DNA of 64,000 bases, from assembly GCA_003151615.1 (NCBI GenBank), contig PLXZ01000001.1, positions 244,318 through 308,317 on the forward strand, given 5' to 3'. This document shows positions 1-9,931 of the stretch, piece by piece. A model generated the notes under the pieces. It made no database searches and was not told the origin of the DNA. It saw only the letters and a list, made by a program, of their open reading frames with translations. A program made the position numbers and the translations under genes. Positions within the stretch are counted from its first letter, which is position 1. Each line of letters starts with the position of its first letter. Source of the DNA: Candidatus Tayloriibacteriota bacterium (GTDB lineage: Bacteria > Patescibacteriota > Minisyncoccia > Phycocordibacterales > PALSA-1337).

Positions 1-212
1 CGCTCAAGAATCAATTTGAACAAGCTTACAATGCCCGTATTCTGAGGAAATTTTCTATCGGGGAATTTTCGGAATGTGTAAAAAAGGACGAAATTGAGTC
101 TTTTTTCAAGTATTTACCCGATTATCGGACAATGCTCGAAAAGTATAATTTTGATCCGGCAGACGAAGAGATGATGCTTACGGCCGTTCTTGGGAAAATA
201 AAACAAAATTAA
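1..212 (+). CDS. 3' end of a CDS entering from upstream of the window (hypothetical protein, last ~69 aa)
   Basis: Open frame from window edge to TAA at 210-212 (…LEKYNFDPADEEMMLTAVLGKIKQN*). Absent from ORF track because it lacks a start. No recognisable domain. Confidence 0.4.
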   Translation, partial: LKNQFEQAYNARILRKFSIGEFSECVKKDEIESFFKYLPDYRTMLEKYNFDPADEEMMLTAVLGKIKQN

Positions 213-234
213 TTGCAGGTTTTTCAGATTATTT

Positions 235-687
235 TTACAAGTGCTTAAGTTTGTATTTCAATAAAAACAGCCTATAGATGTTCATGCAAAGAAGAAAAAA
301 CGAAAAAGCTATGATTTGTCCGGAAATAACCGAAATCTCCACAGTGTATTTCGAATTCAAAAGATAGTTAGAGATCAAATAGATTGCCGGATCATATACA
401 AGTAAGCCAAAAATTATTGCGGCGGGCGTGAAGTAATTTACATCATTTCTGATTTTTCGTACCTCGAAATCGTTTTCTTTTTTTCTGTGATAGATGCGAG
501 TGGCCAACCAAAATGACGCGCCGCCGCAAAGGGTTGCTAGTACCGCCGAAGCTGAAATGAGTGTGGTATTTTGCGTAAGACTCGCTGTAATCGGTGCAGC
601 GATGTTTGCAAATATAAGAGCTCCGAACTCGCCGAAGAGAATCTCCTTATTGAAATTGAAAGTAGATGGTTGCATATTTATGTTCAT
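235..687 (-). CDS. hypothetical integral membrane protein (150 aa)
   Basis: ORF track; several hydrophobic helices; no family recognised. Confidence 0.45.
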   Translation of the reverse strand: MNINMQPSTFNFNKEILFGEFGALIFANIAAPITASLTQNTTLISASAVLATLCGGASFWLATRIYHRKKENDFEVRKIRNDVNYFTPAAIIFGLLVYDPAIYLISNYLLNSKYTVEISVISGQIIAFSFFLLCMNIYRLFLLKYKLKHL

Positions 688-744
688 AAAATCATATCAT
701 GAGATGGTGTTTTCTCATTCTTCATAAATTGCCATACTAATCCC

Positions 745-963
745 ATGGAAACCGAGACTTTCAAGGGAATTCCCGTCAGTATCGAAAGTGCGCTCGCGAG
801 CATCGCCGAAATTCGCCAGCAGATTGCGCTGATGGGCGCGAATGACAGCGAGTTTTTTCTGATCGGACAGATAACGGACAAACTTTCCAAAGGGGAGATT
901 GAACCCGCTGAAGCGGTTGCCGAAGCCCGCTCTATTTTAAACGGCAAACAGGATTACCATTAA
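745..963 (+). CDS. small hypothetical protein (72 aa)
   Basis: ORF track only; acidic, helical-looking. Confidence 0.3.
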   Translation: METETFKGIPVSIESALASIAEIRQQIALMGANDSEFFLIGQITDKLSKGEIEPAEAVAEARSILNGKQDYH

Positions 964-1062
964 TTCACGATAATTTGACCTTATAATATTTTCCTGTTAG
1001 TGTGGGGTGAGTCGGTTTGAAACAACACTCACAACATTTCCCAGCACACCACATAATTAACT

Positions 1063-1443
1063 ATGAAAAGAATCCTGATCTTGGACAACGAGCCGGATAT
1101 TGTCCGTCTCATAGCGACAATAATAGCGCAGAATTGGACTCACTTTGAAATCACGAAGGAAAATGACTGGACGGAAGCGGTCTCCATCATCGAAGATGTT
1201 CCGCCGTTCGATCTCGTGATCACGGACTTCCGCATGCCGCGCGGCAGGGAAGGGTTGTCGGTCGTCAAGGCCGTCAGGGAACGCTCCAACGCGACAAAAA
1301 TAATTCTCATGTCGAGCGATATTACCCAGCCGGACATGGAGGAAGCGCGGCCGGACAAGTTTCTTCAAAAGGCGTTCACAGTCGGAAGCGTGGTTGCGGC
1401 AATTAAGGAATTGATTCCTGACATCGAAGAGTGTCCGGCCTGA
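1063..1443 (+). CDS. single-domain response regulator (CheY-like receiver)
   Basis: MKRILILDNEPDIVRL…DLVITDFRMP…KIILMSSD: receiver-domain acidic pocket, phospho-acceptor Asp and conserved Lys pattern. No output domain. Confidence 0.8.
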   Translation: MKRILILDNEPDIVRLIATIIAQNWTHFEITKENDWTEAVSIIEDVPPFDLVITDFRMPRGREGLSVVKAVRERSNATKIILMSSDITQPDMEEARPDKFLQKAFTVGSVVAAIKELIPDIEECPA

Positions 1444-1480
1444 TGCCGTTCATTTTTCCCAACGTTCGCAGTTTTCATGA

Positions 1481-1520
1481 AAGACGCCATTGCATGTTGA
1501 ATGCGGGGCGTCTTTTTTTT
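1481..1520 (+). terminator. rho-independent terminator after response-regulator gene
   Basis: AAGACGCC…GGCGTCTT stem followed by T8. Confidence 0.7.
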
Positions 1521-2113
1521 GTCCGCGATACCTGATTTTGCGGGGTGCATAAATCAATTTGCACATTTTTTAATACGGGTGTATCCTCTTTTCAGGTCGC
1601 TCTTCTCATTATCATCACGTCGATGATGTCACCTCAGTTGGTGATAAGCTCCGAGGCAGTCCTCCGGTTTGTAAGAAGGGGACGATCCGTCGTCTGGCGA
1701 ACGACTTCGACACGGTACGGTAAAAACAAAAGGAACAACAGACAATGAAACCAAACTTCACTTCTCCCTGTCACACCCGTGGCCCGACTGTCATGTCCCG
1801 TGCCGCCGCCGTCGGTTCAACCGGCGTCGTTTCGGCCATATAACCGCATCGCGGCGAGGTTGAGCGGACAGTTTGAGATTAGGTCCGCTTGCCTTTCGTT
1901 TTATCCCTCGGTTGCTTTTTGATTACGACGGATGAAAGCCAGCTCACAGAGCAGGGACGATACATTGCGTTTAATGCGTCATCGCTCCTTTCTTCACGCC
2001 ATTTTTAATGACTTATAAACTACACCGCGCCAGCGCGCCCGAACAGGGATGACGCATGGCCGTGCGGTGCAGCCTCAGTATGGCGGGCATATGAAGAAAA
2101 AGAATCTCATGAA

Positions 2114-2154
2114 CACTCCCGGTACGCGGTACCACGATCGGGGGTGTTTTTTTG
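2114..2154 (+). terminator. candidate + strand terminator with no annotated upstream CDS
   Basis: Nested hairpin CTCCCGGTACGCGGTACC…CGGGGG followed by T7. Confidence 0.35.
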
Positions 2155-2165
2155 TATAAATTTGC

Positions 2166-2197
2166 ATAAAAAAATTCCTCCGCCGCGACGGGGGAGG
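2166..2197 (-). terminator. rho-independent terminator of the 2227-2685 gene
   Basis: CCTCC(GCCGCGACG)GGGGAGG hairpin followed by T-run on minus strand. Confidence 0.5.
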
Positions 2198-2226
2198 AAA
2201 ATGAGAAATACGGGATTGGCAATTGT

Positions 2227-2685
2227 TCAAACCGTTGCCTGTTCGCTGGCAGTTTGCATTTTGAGGCGCTGGAGGGCCGCATGAATCAGGTTTTTGCGGC
2301 TTGATTTTATCTTTTGGAATGAAACTCCGGCATTTTCTTTTGTGAACAATTTTGTGTCGCGAAGTTTGCGGACTTTCGCGTTGGGACCGAATCCAACCGT
2401 GTTTAATGTCTTGGCTGCGTCGTCGGCACGATGAGCCAGATACAGCTCAATGAGCTCTTCCTCGCTCATTTCAGTGGGTGGTTTTTGTCCCGATCCACGG
2501 TTGCGAAATCCGTATGACATGACGCTTGTCTGAACCCACCAGTATCCGGGCTTGCCGGAAACCGGGCGAATTACCCTCAATGACCGGCCTTCATCCCTGC
2601 AGTAAAATCCTGCCCTGACTTCTATTTCCGGTTCTGCTTCACCGATGTTGCCGTTTCCGTTGTTTGTGCCGTTTGTTGTGCTCAT
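2227..2685 (-). CDS. hypothetical protein (152 aa)
   Basis: ORF track; Asn/Gly-rich N-terminus; no confident family. Confidence 0.45.
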   Translation of the reverse strand: MSTTNGTNNGNGNIGEAEPEIEVRAGFYCRDEGRSLRVIRPVSGKPGYWWVQTSVMSYGFRNRGSGQKPPTEMSEEELIELYLAHRADDAAKTLNTVGFGPNAKVRKLRDTKLFTKENAGVSFQKIKSSRKNLIHAALQRLKMQTASEQATV

Positions 2686-2826
2686 AGATGCTGTTGCTGA
2701 ATTGTTGTTGATTTGTTCGCCTGACGATTGGGCGTCAGACGGAAGGACTGTATCGGCAAATACTTTATCATTATATTTAGTTTTTGTCCATTTAACCGTA
2801 ATTGTTCAATGGTGGCGGGCTGGATT

Positions 2827-4143
2827 TTAAAGCTGTTTCGCGAAAAGTTTTATGGAGGAGTACCAGAGTTTGACGATGAAATTTTGCTTGTCCCATTGCA
2901 CCTGCGTTATCTGGTCGGAATTTGAAGCGTCTTGAGCGAAGATGTTTTGAAGTTGTGCCGCCAGCGTCGAATTTTCGATTCCCATAATGTTTTCATCGTT
3001 TAATATTTCCGAGCGGCTGTCGAGATTGGCCGAGCCGATGATTGACCATGCACCGTCGGCTACCATTATTTTTGTATGTATCATTTGCGGTTCGTATTCA
3101 TAGATTTTTACGCCTGCGGCGAGCAATCCGGAATAATCGGAACGCCATGCGTCGCGAAGCAGTACCGAATTTGTTTCGTTGCCGGGCGACATTATTTCAA
3201 CGTCCACACCAGATCGGGCCTTGTTCTCAAGTGCCGCAAGAATGTCCTGATCGGGGATGATGAACGGACTGATTATATAAATGCTTTTTTGCGCGTTCAG
3301 TATCGTGAACAAAAATGTGTCGCGTATCGGTTCGCGATTTTCCGAAGGGATGCTGATGATATGAAGAAATGTATTTGTGGTCGAACTGGTGGCGGAAATT
3401 TCCGGCGCCGCTGAAAGGGGCGGATAGAAAATCGGACCGGCCAGTACTTCGCCCGTCGTTTGATTCCACAATGCGGCAAAGGCGCCCTGCAGACTCTCGG
3501 CCATTTCGTCTTTTACTTCAAACATCGTATCGCTCCAGCCGCTTGCCACGCCGTCGCCGAGCCAGTCGTCGCCGATGCCCATGCCGCCGAGAAAGCCGAT
3601 TTTTCCGTCGATGACAATTGAACGCATATGGTCGCGTTCGTCGTATTGCAGGGGATTGAGGATTGAAAATTGATGATATCGTTCGACCTGTGCTCCGGCT
3701 TTTCGGAGTGAAGCGAGATCGGCGTCGGAAATCGTGTTTCCGCCGAGCGAGTCGATCAGGACGCGGACCGGCACGCCGCGTTGTGCCGCGGAGGTTAGCG
3801 CCGCAATTACTTTACCGCTCATGACGCCGTCGGACCAGGGATATGTCGTAAAATCAATCGAAGACGATGCGTTTTCAATCGCGGTCAAAAGATCCGGCAA
3901 AAATTCCTCGCCTTCCGATATGGGCGTTACCGTTTCGCCCTGTTCGGCCGGAACATTGATGAGCCGGCTCAAGCCCTGTATGAATTGAGGCGAACCGTCG
4001 GCGGTCGGGTTTGGTAAAGTCATACCGGCATTGTTGTGCGGACCCGGCACGAACAATATGTCGATCATGACGAGAATAAAAAGAACGCCAACCATTTGGA
4101 GAAAAATCACGGAAAAAAGCCGGGGAGATTTCATATTTGCCAT
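2827..4143 (-). CDS. cls: cardiolipin synthase / phospholipase D family
   Basis: N-terminal TM helices. Two HKD-type motifs (HMRSIVIDGKIGFLGGMGIGDDW and HTKIMVADGAWSIIGSANLDSRS). Confidence 0.85.
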   Translation of the reverse strand: MANMKSPRLFSVIFLQMVGVLFILVMIDILFVPGPHNNAGMTLPNPTADGSPQFIQGLSRLINVPAEQGETVTPISEGEEFLPDLLTAIENASSSIDFTTYPWSDGVMSGKVIAALTSAAQRGVPVRVLIDSLGGNTISDADLASLRKAGAQVERYHQFSILNPLQYDERDHMRSIVIDGKIGFLGGMGIGDDWLGDGVASGWSDTMFEVKDEMAESLQGAFAALWNQTTGEVLAGPIFYPPLSAAPEISATSSTTNTFLHIISIPSENREPIRDTFLFTILNAQKSIYIISPFIIPDQDILAALENKARSGVDVEIMSPGNETNSVLLRDAWRSDYSGLLAAGVKIYEYEPQMIHTKIMVADGAWSIIGSANLDSRSEILNDENIMGIENSTLAAQLQNIFAQDASNSDQITQVQWDKQNFIVKLWYSSIKLFAKQL

Positions 4144-4180
4144 TTTCGCACTTTTTAGCCCTTTTTGCTACAATGGTCGC

Positions 4181-4750
4181 ATGTTTACCAAAGGAATCTA
4201 TTATAAATTCGGCATAAAAGTTTTTTATCTTTCGCTTCTGCGCGACGGGATTATTTTCCTTCTGGGGCTGGTCATAATTATCATAGCTTCCGCGGCCGTC
4301 GGTTTTTCGCACGGGGGATTTAACATTCTGCTCCCCGGACTCATTCTGCTTCTTCTCTATGCCGTTGGTGCCATTTCAATGGCGAGATACAATTATTCAT
4401 GCCATCAGTTCATGCTTGACGATTATGCGCTTCACATCCGCACCGGCATCATCAACACTTCCGAAATGTCCATTCCGTATCGCCAGATTCAGGACGTCAA
4501 TATCGAGCAAAGTTATATCGAGCGGTCGTTCGGCGTCGCGTCACTTTCCGTTTTGACTTCGGGACATGCCGATGCAGGGTATGCAAAAATCGGCGAAGCA
4601 GGAGTTCCGCAGGAGGAATCCGCGGGTTTTTTCCAGCAAGTCGAACGCGCATACGCCGATGAATTGCAGAAAGTATTGATGCAGGCCTCCAACGTCCAGC
4701 AAGTTGTCAATGCAAATCCCAGTGGTGCAACTCCGGCCGCGAGTGTATAA
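4181..4750 (+). CDS. membrane protein with bacterial PH (bPH_2, YdbS/YdbT-like) domain
   Basis: Two N-terminal TM helices then …SIPYRQIQDVNIEQSYIERSFGVASLSVLTSGH… Start moved to ATG 4181 (MFTKG) inside ORF 4031-4750. Confidence 0.65.
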   Translation: MFTKGIYYKFGIKVFYLSLLRDGIIFLLGLVIIIIASAAVGFSHGGFNILLPGLILLLLYAVGAISMARYNYSCHQFMLDDYALHIRTGIINTSEMSIPYRQIQDVNIEQSYIERSFGVASLSVLTSGHADAGYAKIGEAGVPQEESAGFFQQVERAYADELQKVLMQASNVQQVVNANPSGATPAASV

Positions 4751-4772
4751 TGGGAAAACTAGTACAATATAT

Positions 4773-5450
4773 ATGAGTCCAAAATTAAAAAAAATACTTA
4801 CCTGGGGCGGTTTTGTTGTCATCATCGCTCTCCTTGTCTGGGGATTGGTCGCCGCGAATAAAAAAGCGCAGGGAATCACAAATTCAAGCGGGGTACAGGT
4901 TACTCTCGACAATCCCGTAACATCTTCGGACTGGACGATGGGTTCCAGCACCGCGCCGGTGACTTTGGTCGAGTACGGCGATTTCGAGTGTCCTTCCTGC
5001 GCCGCTTTTTCTCCGGTCGTAAAACAACTTCTTTCCGACGAAGGTCCGTCGCGCGTGTATTTTGCCTTCCGAAACTTCCCATTGCCGCAGCATGCCAATG
5101 CGCTTGTTGCAGCGGAGGCCGCCGGAGCGGCGGGTCTGCAGGGTCAATTCTGGGCGATGCATGACTTGCTCTACGCAAACCAGAACGATTGGGTGAATTT
5201 GGGCGATCCAACTTCGGTATTCGAAGGATATGCCGCCAAAATCGGCATCAACACGACGCAATTTTTGAAAGATTTGAAGTCGCCTGATGTATATAACAGA
5301 GTGATTTCGGATTTGAAGGAAGCACAGCAGAACAATCTCGATTACACACCGACCTTCTTCATAAACGGGGTGCGGATCGACAATCCGACAAGCGCCGCAG
5401 GCTTTAAACAATTAATTGACGATGCCGCCTCTTCAACAGCAAGCAAATAA
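4773..5450 (+). CDS. DsbA-family thiol:disulfide oxidoreductase
   Basis: Signal/TM anchor; thioredoxin CxxC (FECPSCAAF). Start at ATG 4773 (MSPKLKK). Confidence 0.8.
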   Translation: MSPKLKKILTWGGFVVIIALLVWGLVAANKKAQGITNSSGVQVTLDNPVTSSDWTMGSSTAPVTLVEYGDFECPSCAAFSPVVKQLLSDEGPSRVYFAFRNFPLPQHANALVAAEAAGAAGLQGQFWAMHDLLYANQNDWVNLGDPTSVFEGYAAKIGINTTQFLKDLKSPDVYNRVISDLKEAQQNNLDYTPTFFINGVRIDNPTSAAGFKQLIDDAASSTASK

Positions 5451-5928
5451 TAATTCGGGCATTGCGCCGATAAAAACGTTCGCTCCGAAATGGGCGACGG
5501 TTCTCATGGTTATTTTTGCTCTCATCGGTTTTGCCGATGCGACATATCTGACGATTGATCATTATCAGAACATTGCCCCGCCGTGTTTCGTTGGCTCATG
5601 CGAGGTGGTGCTTACGAGCGCCTACTCCACCATTGCCGGCATTCCCGTTTCCATTTTTGGGGTCGTCTATTATCTTTTGATTTTAATTTTGCTTTTCGCA
5701 TACATTAATTCATCGCCTGACGCAACGACTGGAAGAAAAAACGAGAAGGCATACAGCCTTGCAATCAAAATTACGCCGGTAGGATTTTTGGCATCGCTCT
5801 ACTTTTTCATAATTCAGGCGTTCGTACTGCATCATTTTTGCCAATACTGTCTGCTGTCAGCGACGACATCAACCGTTCTGTTTATTATCGCTATTTATTT
5901 GTACTTGAAGAGGAAGAAGAGGTCGTAG
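5416..5928 (+). CDS. vitamin K epoxide reductase (VKOR) family, DsbB analogue
   Basis: TM helices with CxxC (CQYC) and conserved Cys pair (PPCFVGSC); adjacent to DsbA. Confidence 0.75.
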   Translation: MTMPPLQQQANNNSGIAPIKTFAPKWATVLMVIFALIGFADATYLTIDHYQNIAPPCFVGSCEVVLTSAYSTIAGIPVSIFGVVYYLLILILLFAYINSSPDATTGRKNEKAYSLAIKITPVGFLASLYFFIIQAFVLHHFCQYCLLSATTSTVLFIIAIYLYLKRKKRS

Positions 5929-6586
5929 CCTGTAATGCCAACGCCGGCAGTGCGGCTTTTATCTGGTCGATGTTCTGAAAGCCGTCGTAGACTCTTCCGT
6001 TCATGACGAGCGCAGGCAGAACCGAAGGAATATGGTAGAGGGTGATGAGCGTGTTCACCGCGCCGAGTCCGAGATTGTAATCGAACGCATACACGCGCAA
6101 TTCCGGATATTCCTGGCGCAGGGCGGTCAATACGTATCCCTGGTCGGTGCAGTCGGGGCAGTCGCCCTTGTTTGAATAAAAATAAAGTATCGAAGTCGGG
6201 CTCGCATTGCACTTCTGATAAATTTGCTGCATCAGAAGGTAATCCTTTATTTCCAGAAGCGAGTAATTTTCCTTGAGTGACTTCACGTCCGCGCTATTGA
6301 AGCCTTCCTGCGATTCGGCGTAGGAAAGCTTGTCGGCGAGAGTGTTCAATTCATCGGTGAGAATCGATCCGGTGACGATGTCGCATGACGACTGCTCCAG
6401 AAGCTGGTACTGAGCCTCGCTCGACAAAATATCCAATGAAATCTGGTTTTCCGTATCCTGAATGCTGTTTATTTTCGCGTCATTCAAATAGTTGCTCGCC
6501 AGAAAGCCGGTCAGAAAAACCGCGCAGGTAATTGCCAAAACCAGCAAATATTTTTTTGGGTTTATTCCAGGTTCCTTTATCTCCAT
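5891..6586 (-). CDS. DsbA-like thioredoxin-fold protein with N-terminal TM anchor
   Basis: CPDC active-site motif (GDCPDCTDQGYV). Confidence 0.7.
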   Translation of the reverse strand: MEIKEPGINPKKYLLVLAITCAVFLTGFLASNYLNDAKINSIQDTENQISLDILSSEAQYQLLEQSSCDIVTGSILTDELNTLADKLSYAESQEGFNSADVKSLKENYSLLEIKDYLLMQQIYQKCNASPTSILYFYSNKGDCPDCTDQGYVLTALRQEYPELRVYAFDYNLGLGAVNTLITLYHIPSVLPALVMNGRVYDGFQNIDQIKAALPALALQATTSSSSSSTNK

Positions 6587-7887
6587 GGTGTTTTTCGCGA
6601 AAGAGCGACATTATACACGGCTTTTGACAGCCACAGCGGAGCCAAAAATCCGTAGAACACGACGAAATAAAGCATGTCACGCGACGGTTTCATGCTGCCT
6701 TCCGCGATGTATTTTCCGAACATGACGATGGTCAGGGTTATCGCCACCAAAACGATTGCCAAAATTGTTGTTGTTTGCGTATTGACGAAAAACCAGCTGA
6801 AGTGAAACTGCGGCATGCCGATTCCGACGATTGAAATTTTTTCTATGGTTGCGATGACGGAATTTCCAATGTGATAGACGAAGTCGAGAGCAATGGCAAG
6901 CGAGAGAATCAAACCAACAATGGCTGCCGGCAAAACAAATCTTCCCATGTGCCCGTATTTTTTATTGAAGAAAATGTGCCGGTAGTCGATGGCGTTTTTG
7001 ATGAAGCCGTAGGTCCAGCGTGTGCGCTGTCTGTGGAGTTTCGGAATGGTCTCGGGGGTTTTCGTGAGCACGAATGCGTTGTGGCAGTTGGCGATCCGAT
7101 AGCCGAATGACTGGATGCGGAAGGCAATTTCCATGTCCTCGGTATTATGCGCTTCCTTGAACACGCCGATTTGCTTGAAAACACTCGTGCGGAAAATGGA
7201 GAATGGTCCGGGCGTGACGTAAATCGAGTTGAGCATGCCGAAGACGCGTTTTGTGAAAATGCCGACGTTATATTCCGCGCGCTGGATATATTGAAGAATA
7301 TTTTTCGGTTCATGCACGCGCATTGCCGGCGTCACCGCCATAATTGCCGGATTGTCGAAATACGGAATCATCCGCGCGAGTGCATATTTGTCGACGAATG
7401 AGTCCGCGTCGAGGCATCCGATGAATTGCGTACCATTTTGTTGCGCGATTGCGATGCCGCGATTGAGCGCCGTGTACTTTCCGCCGTTTTTTTGCGTAAC
7501 GACTTCGATTCGGGCGAGGCCTTCTTGCTTGTTCAGTCGCGCGGCCGCCTGTGTCGCAACCGCAAACGTTTCGTCTTTGCTTCCGTCATCAACGACCAGC
7601 ACCGAAAGTTTTTCTTTTGGATACTCCAAATTAAGAAGCGAAATCAAAGTGTTTTCAACGGTTTTTGATTCATTCCAGCAGGGAACGACGATGGAAACAG
7701 TTGGGGCCGCAGCGAGCGATGCAGTTTTTGAATCAGCTGTGAGATTTTTATTTCCAGCCTTTTTCCCCGCAGTTTTTTCTTTTTGTTGCGCCTTGAAAAA
7801 GGTGACCAGCAGGAAAATCTGGAAATAGAGGCCGCAAAAGATGCTCGTATAGAGAAGTAGCGATGAAAAATTCATAAAAACGCCCAA
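6577..7887 (-). CDS. family 2 glycosyltransferase, membrane-bound
   Basis: VVPCWNE…VVDDGSKD…DADS GT2 signature; C-terminal TM helices. Confidence 0.8.
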   Translation of the reverse strand: MGVFMNFSSLLLYTSIFCGLYFQIFLLVTFFKAQQKEKTAGKKAGNKNLTADSKTASLAAAPTVSIVVPCWNESKTVENTLISLLNLEYPKEKLSVLVVDDGSKDETFAVATQAAARLNKQEGLARIEVVTQKNGGKYTALNRGIAIAQQNGTQFIGCLDADSFVDKYALARMIPYFDNPAIMAVTPAMRVHEPKNILQYIQRAEYNVGIFTKRVFGMLNSIYVTPGPFSIFRTSVFKQIGVFKEAHNTEDMEIAFRIQSFGYRIANCHNAFVLTKTPETIPKLHRQRTRWTYGFIKNAIDYRHIFFNKKYGHMGRFVLPAAIVGLILSLAIALDFVYHIGNSVIATIEKISIVGIGMPQFHFSWFFVNTQTTTILAIVLVAITLTIVMFGKYIAEGSMKPSRDMLYFVVFYGFLAPLWLSKAVYNVALSRKTPWR

Positions 7888-7954
7888 AAGGCAGGAATGT
7901 AGCTAAGATAATAGCTTATATGGCCCAATATGGCAAACGTGCTATACTCACGAA

Positions 7955-8887
7955 ATGAACGCGGAAATGGCGAAAAATGACCCGAAAATGGGCGAAAAAA
8001 CCGGCTACGAGTTGATAGATTCGGGCGACAGCGAAAAACTGGAGCGTTTTGGCGACGTCGTTTTGTCGCGCCCCGATCCGCAGGCCCTCTGGCCGAAGCG
8101 GTTGCCGGAAAGCGTCTGGGCTGACGCAGACGGAATCTTTTTCCGAAAAGCGAAGGACGGCGAGTGGCGTTTTACGAATTTAAACAAAGACTATAAAAAG
8201 TGGCCGATTAATTTTTCCGGTTTGAAATTTTGGATCAAGCCCACGCCATTCAAGCATGTCGGTTTGTTTCCGGAACAGGCATCGAATTGGGATTGGTTGC
8301 GTGCGAAAATTTCCGCGGCAAAAATTGCGGATTCAAAAAATGCTGCAAATGACATCGAAGTTTTGAATTTATTCGGCTACACCGGCGGGGCGACTCTCGC
8401 GTGCGCACAGGCCGGAGCAAAAGTCGTGCATGTCGACGGTTCGAAATCGGCGATTGGGTGGGCGCGCGAAAATGCGGAGCTTTCGGGGCTTGCCGACAAG
8501 CCGGTCCGCTGGATTTTGGACGATGCTCGCGCATTCGTGACCCGCGAAATAAAGCGCGGACGTTTATACGACGGCATCATCATGGACCCGCCGGCATTCG
8601 GCCATGGCGCGGAGAAAGAAGTTTGGAAAATCGAAGAGGACTTATTGCCGCTCGTCGCCGACTGCATGAAAATTTTGAAGTCGAAGACTGCCGAATCGGC
8701 CGGTCCGCTTTTCTTTTTAATGAACGGTTACTCGGCCGGCTATTCTTCGACCGCATACGGAAATAATTTGGCGCCGCTCACGGAAAAATTTGGCGGCACA
8801 ATCGAAACGGGGGAACTGACGATGAAAGAATCAAATAATGGCCGACTCCTTCCGGCCGGAATCTTTGCGCGATGGTCGCGAAATTAA
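7955..8887 (+). CDS. class I SAM-dependent rRNA methyltransferase (RlmI/RlmK-like)
   Basis: LNLFGYTGGATLACAQAGAKVVHVDGSK…WILDDARAF Rossmann MTase motifs I-IV. Confidence 0.75.
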   Translation: MNAEMAKNDPKMGEKTGYELIDSGDSEKLERFGDVVLSRPDPQALWPKRLPESVWADADGIFFRKAKDGEWRFTNLNKDYKKWPINFSGLKFWIKPTPFKHVGLFPEQASNWDWLRAKISAAKIADSKNAANDIEVLNLFGYTGGATLACAQAGAKVVHVDGSKSAIGWARENAELSGLADKPVRWILDDARAFVTREIKRGRLYDGIIMDPPAFGHGAEKEVWKIEEDLLPLVADCMKILKSKTAESAGPLFFLMNGYSAGYSSTAYGNNLAPLTEKFGGTIETGELTMKESNNGRLLPAGIFARWSRN

Positions 8888-8908
8888 ATCGATCGCATAC
8901 ATATATAC

Positions 8909-9625
8909 ATGCCCATAACTCCGAAACCCCACATTTTATACGAAGACAATCACATCATCGCCGTCGAAAAGCCGTCGGGCGTTTTGATTGATGACTTGAT
9001 GGAACAGACGAAGCAATTTTTGAAGGAAAAATATGCGAAGCCCGGCAATGTTTTTCTCGGCATGGTGCACCAGCTCGACCGGCCTGTTTCCGGCATCGTC
9101 TTGTTCGGAAAAACGTCGAAAGGCGCAGCCCGCCTCTCCGAACAATTCCGCGACCGCGAAGCCGCGAAAATATATCACGCATGGGTCGAGGGCGACGTCA
9201 AAGGCCCCGGCAAAATTAGCAACTATTTGAAAAAAGACGAAAACCGCCGCAAGGCTTTCATATATAGTGAAGAAGTCCGCGACTCAAAATTGGCCGAGCT
9301 CGAATACAGCGTAGTTGCAAAAAAAATGATCGAGGCGGGTCCGTCCGCACCGGCGCAGATGATAACTTTATTGAAGGTCAAGCTCAAAACCGGCCGCTTT
9401 CATCAAATCCGCGCCCAGCTCGGCCGCAAAGGCCATCCTGTTTTAGGCGACGTCAAATACGGCTCGAAAATTACGTTTCCCGATTCGCATATCGCGCTCT
9501 CCGCCACTTCAATAACTTTCAAAACCGCAACCGGAGCAAACCTCAGCGAAATCGCCGAAGGCATTCGCAGTGAAGGTGAGTCGAAGACGCTGACGATTCC
9601 TCCCTTGGAAATGCCGGTGTTGTGA
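8909..9625 (+). CDS. RluA-family pseudouridine synthase
   Basis: HRLDRPVSGIVLFGKT catalytic-Asp motif. Confidence 0.85.
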   Translation: MPITPKPHILYEDNHIIAVEKPSGVLIDDLMEQTKQFLKEKYAKPGNVFLGMVHQLDRPVSGIVLFGKTSKGAARLSEQFRDREAAKIYHAWVEGDVKGPGKISNYLKKDENRRKAFIYSEEVRDSKLAELEYSVVAKKMIEAGPSAPAQMITLLKVKLKTGRFHQIRAQLGRKGHPVLGDVKYGSKITFPDSHIALSATSITFKTATGANLSEIAEGIRSEGESKTLTIPPLEMPVL

Positions 9626-9637
9626 TAGAATTTATCC

Positions 9638-9871
9638 ATGATTTATAAAAAGATAATAGCGACTGCCATCGGTATTTCGGGCATTATTGGACTTGTATCC
9701 ATGTTCGTATCTTTACCTGCTCAAGTAGTTTTTTGGACGACCGTAGTTTTCATATTAAGTATTTGTCTGTTGGGTATCATTGAAACGATGCAAATGAGAA
9801 AATATTTAATTTTGATATTACTTCTCCTAATCGCAGTTATATTTATTCTTGGCTTTGCTTCCTATAAGTAA
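9638..9871 (+). CDS. small membrane protein (77 aa)
   Basis: Three hydrophobic helices; ORF track. Confidence 0.4.
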   Translation: MIYKKIIATAIGISGIIGLVSMFVSLPAQVVFWTTVVFILSICLLGIIETMQMRKYLILILLLLIAVIFILGFASYK

Positions 9872-9931
9872 AGACTTTAATTACGCATATTCCCAATAGC
9901 ATGCTTGTTTGCCGCATGTTACCCTATACCC

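Noticed and set aside
3042-3614. + strand ORFs 3042-3260, 3076-3414, 3369-3614 inside the cls locus
   Set aside because: Antisense to the cardiolipin synthase CDS, which has HKD motifs.
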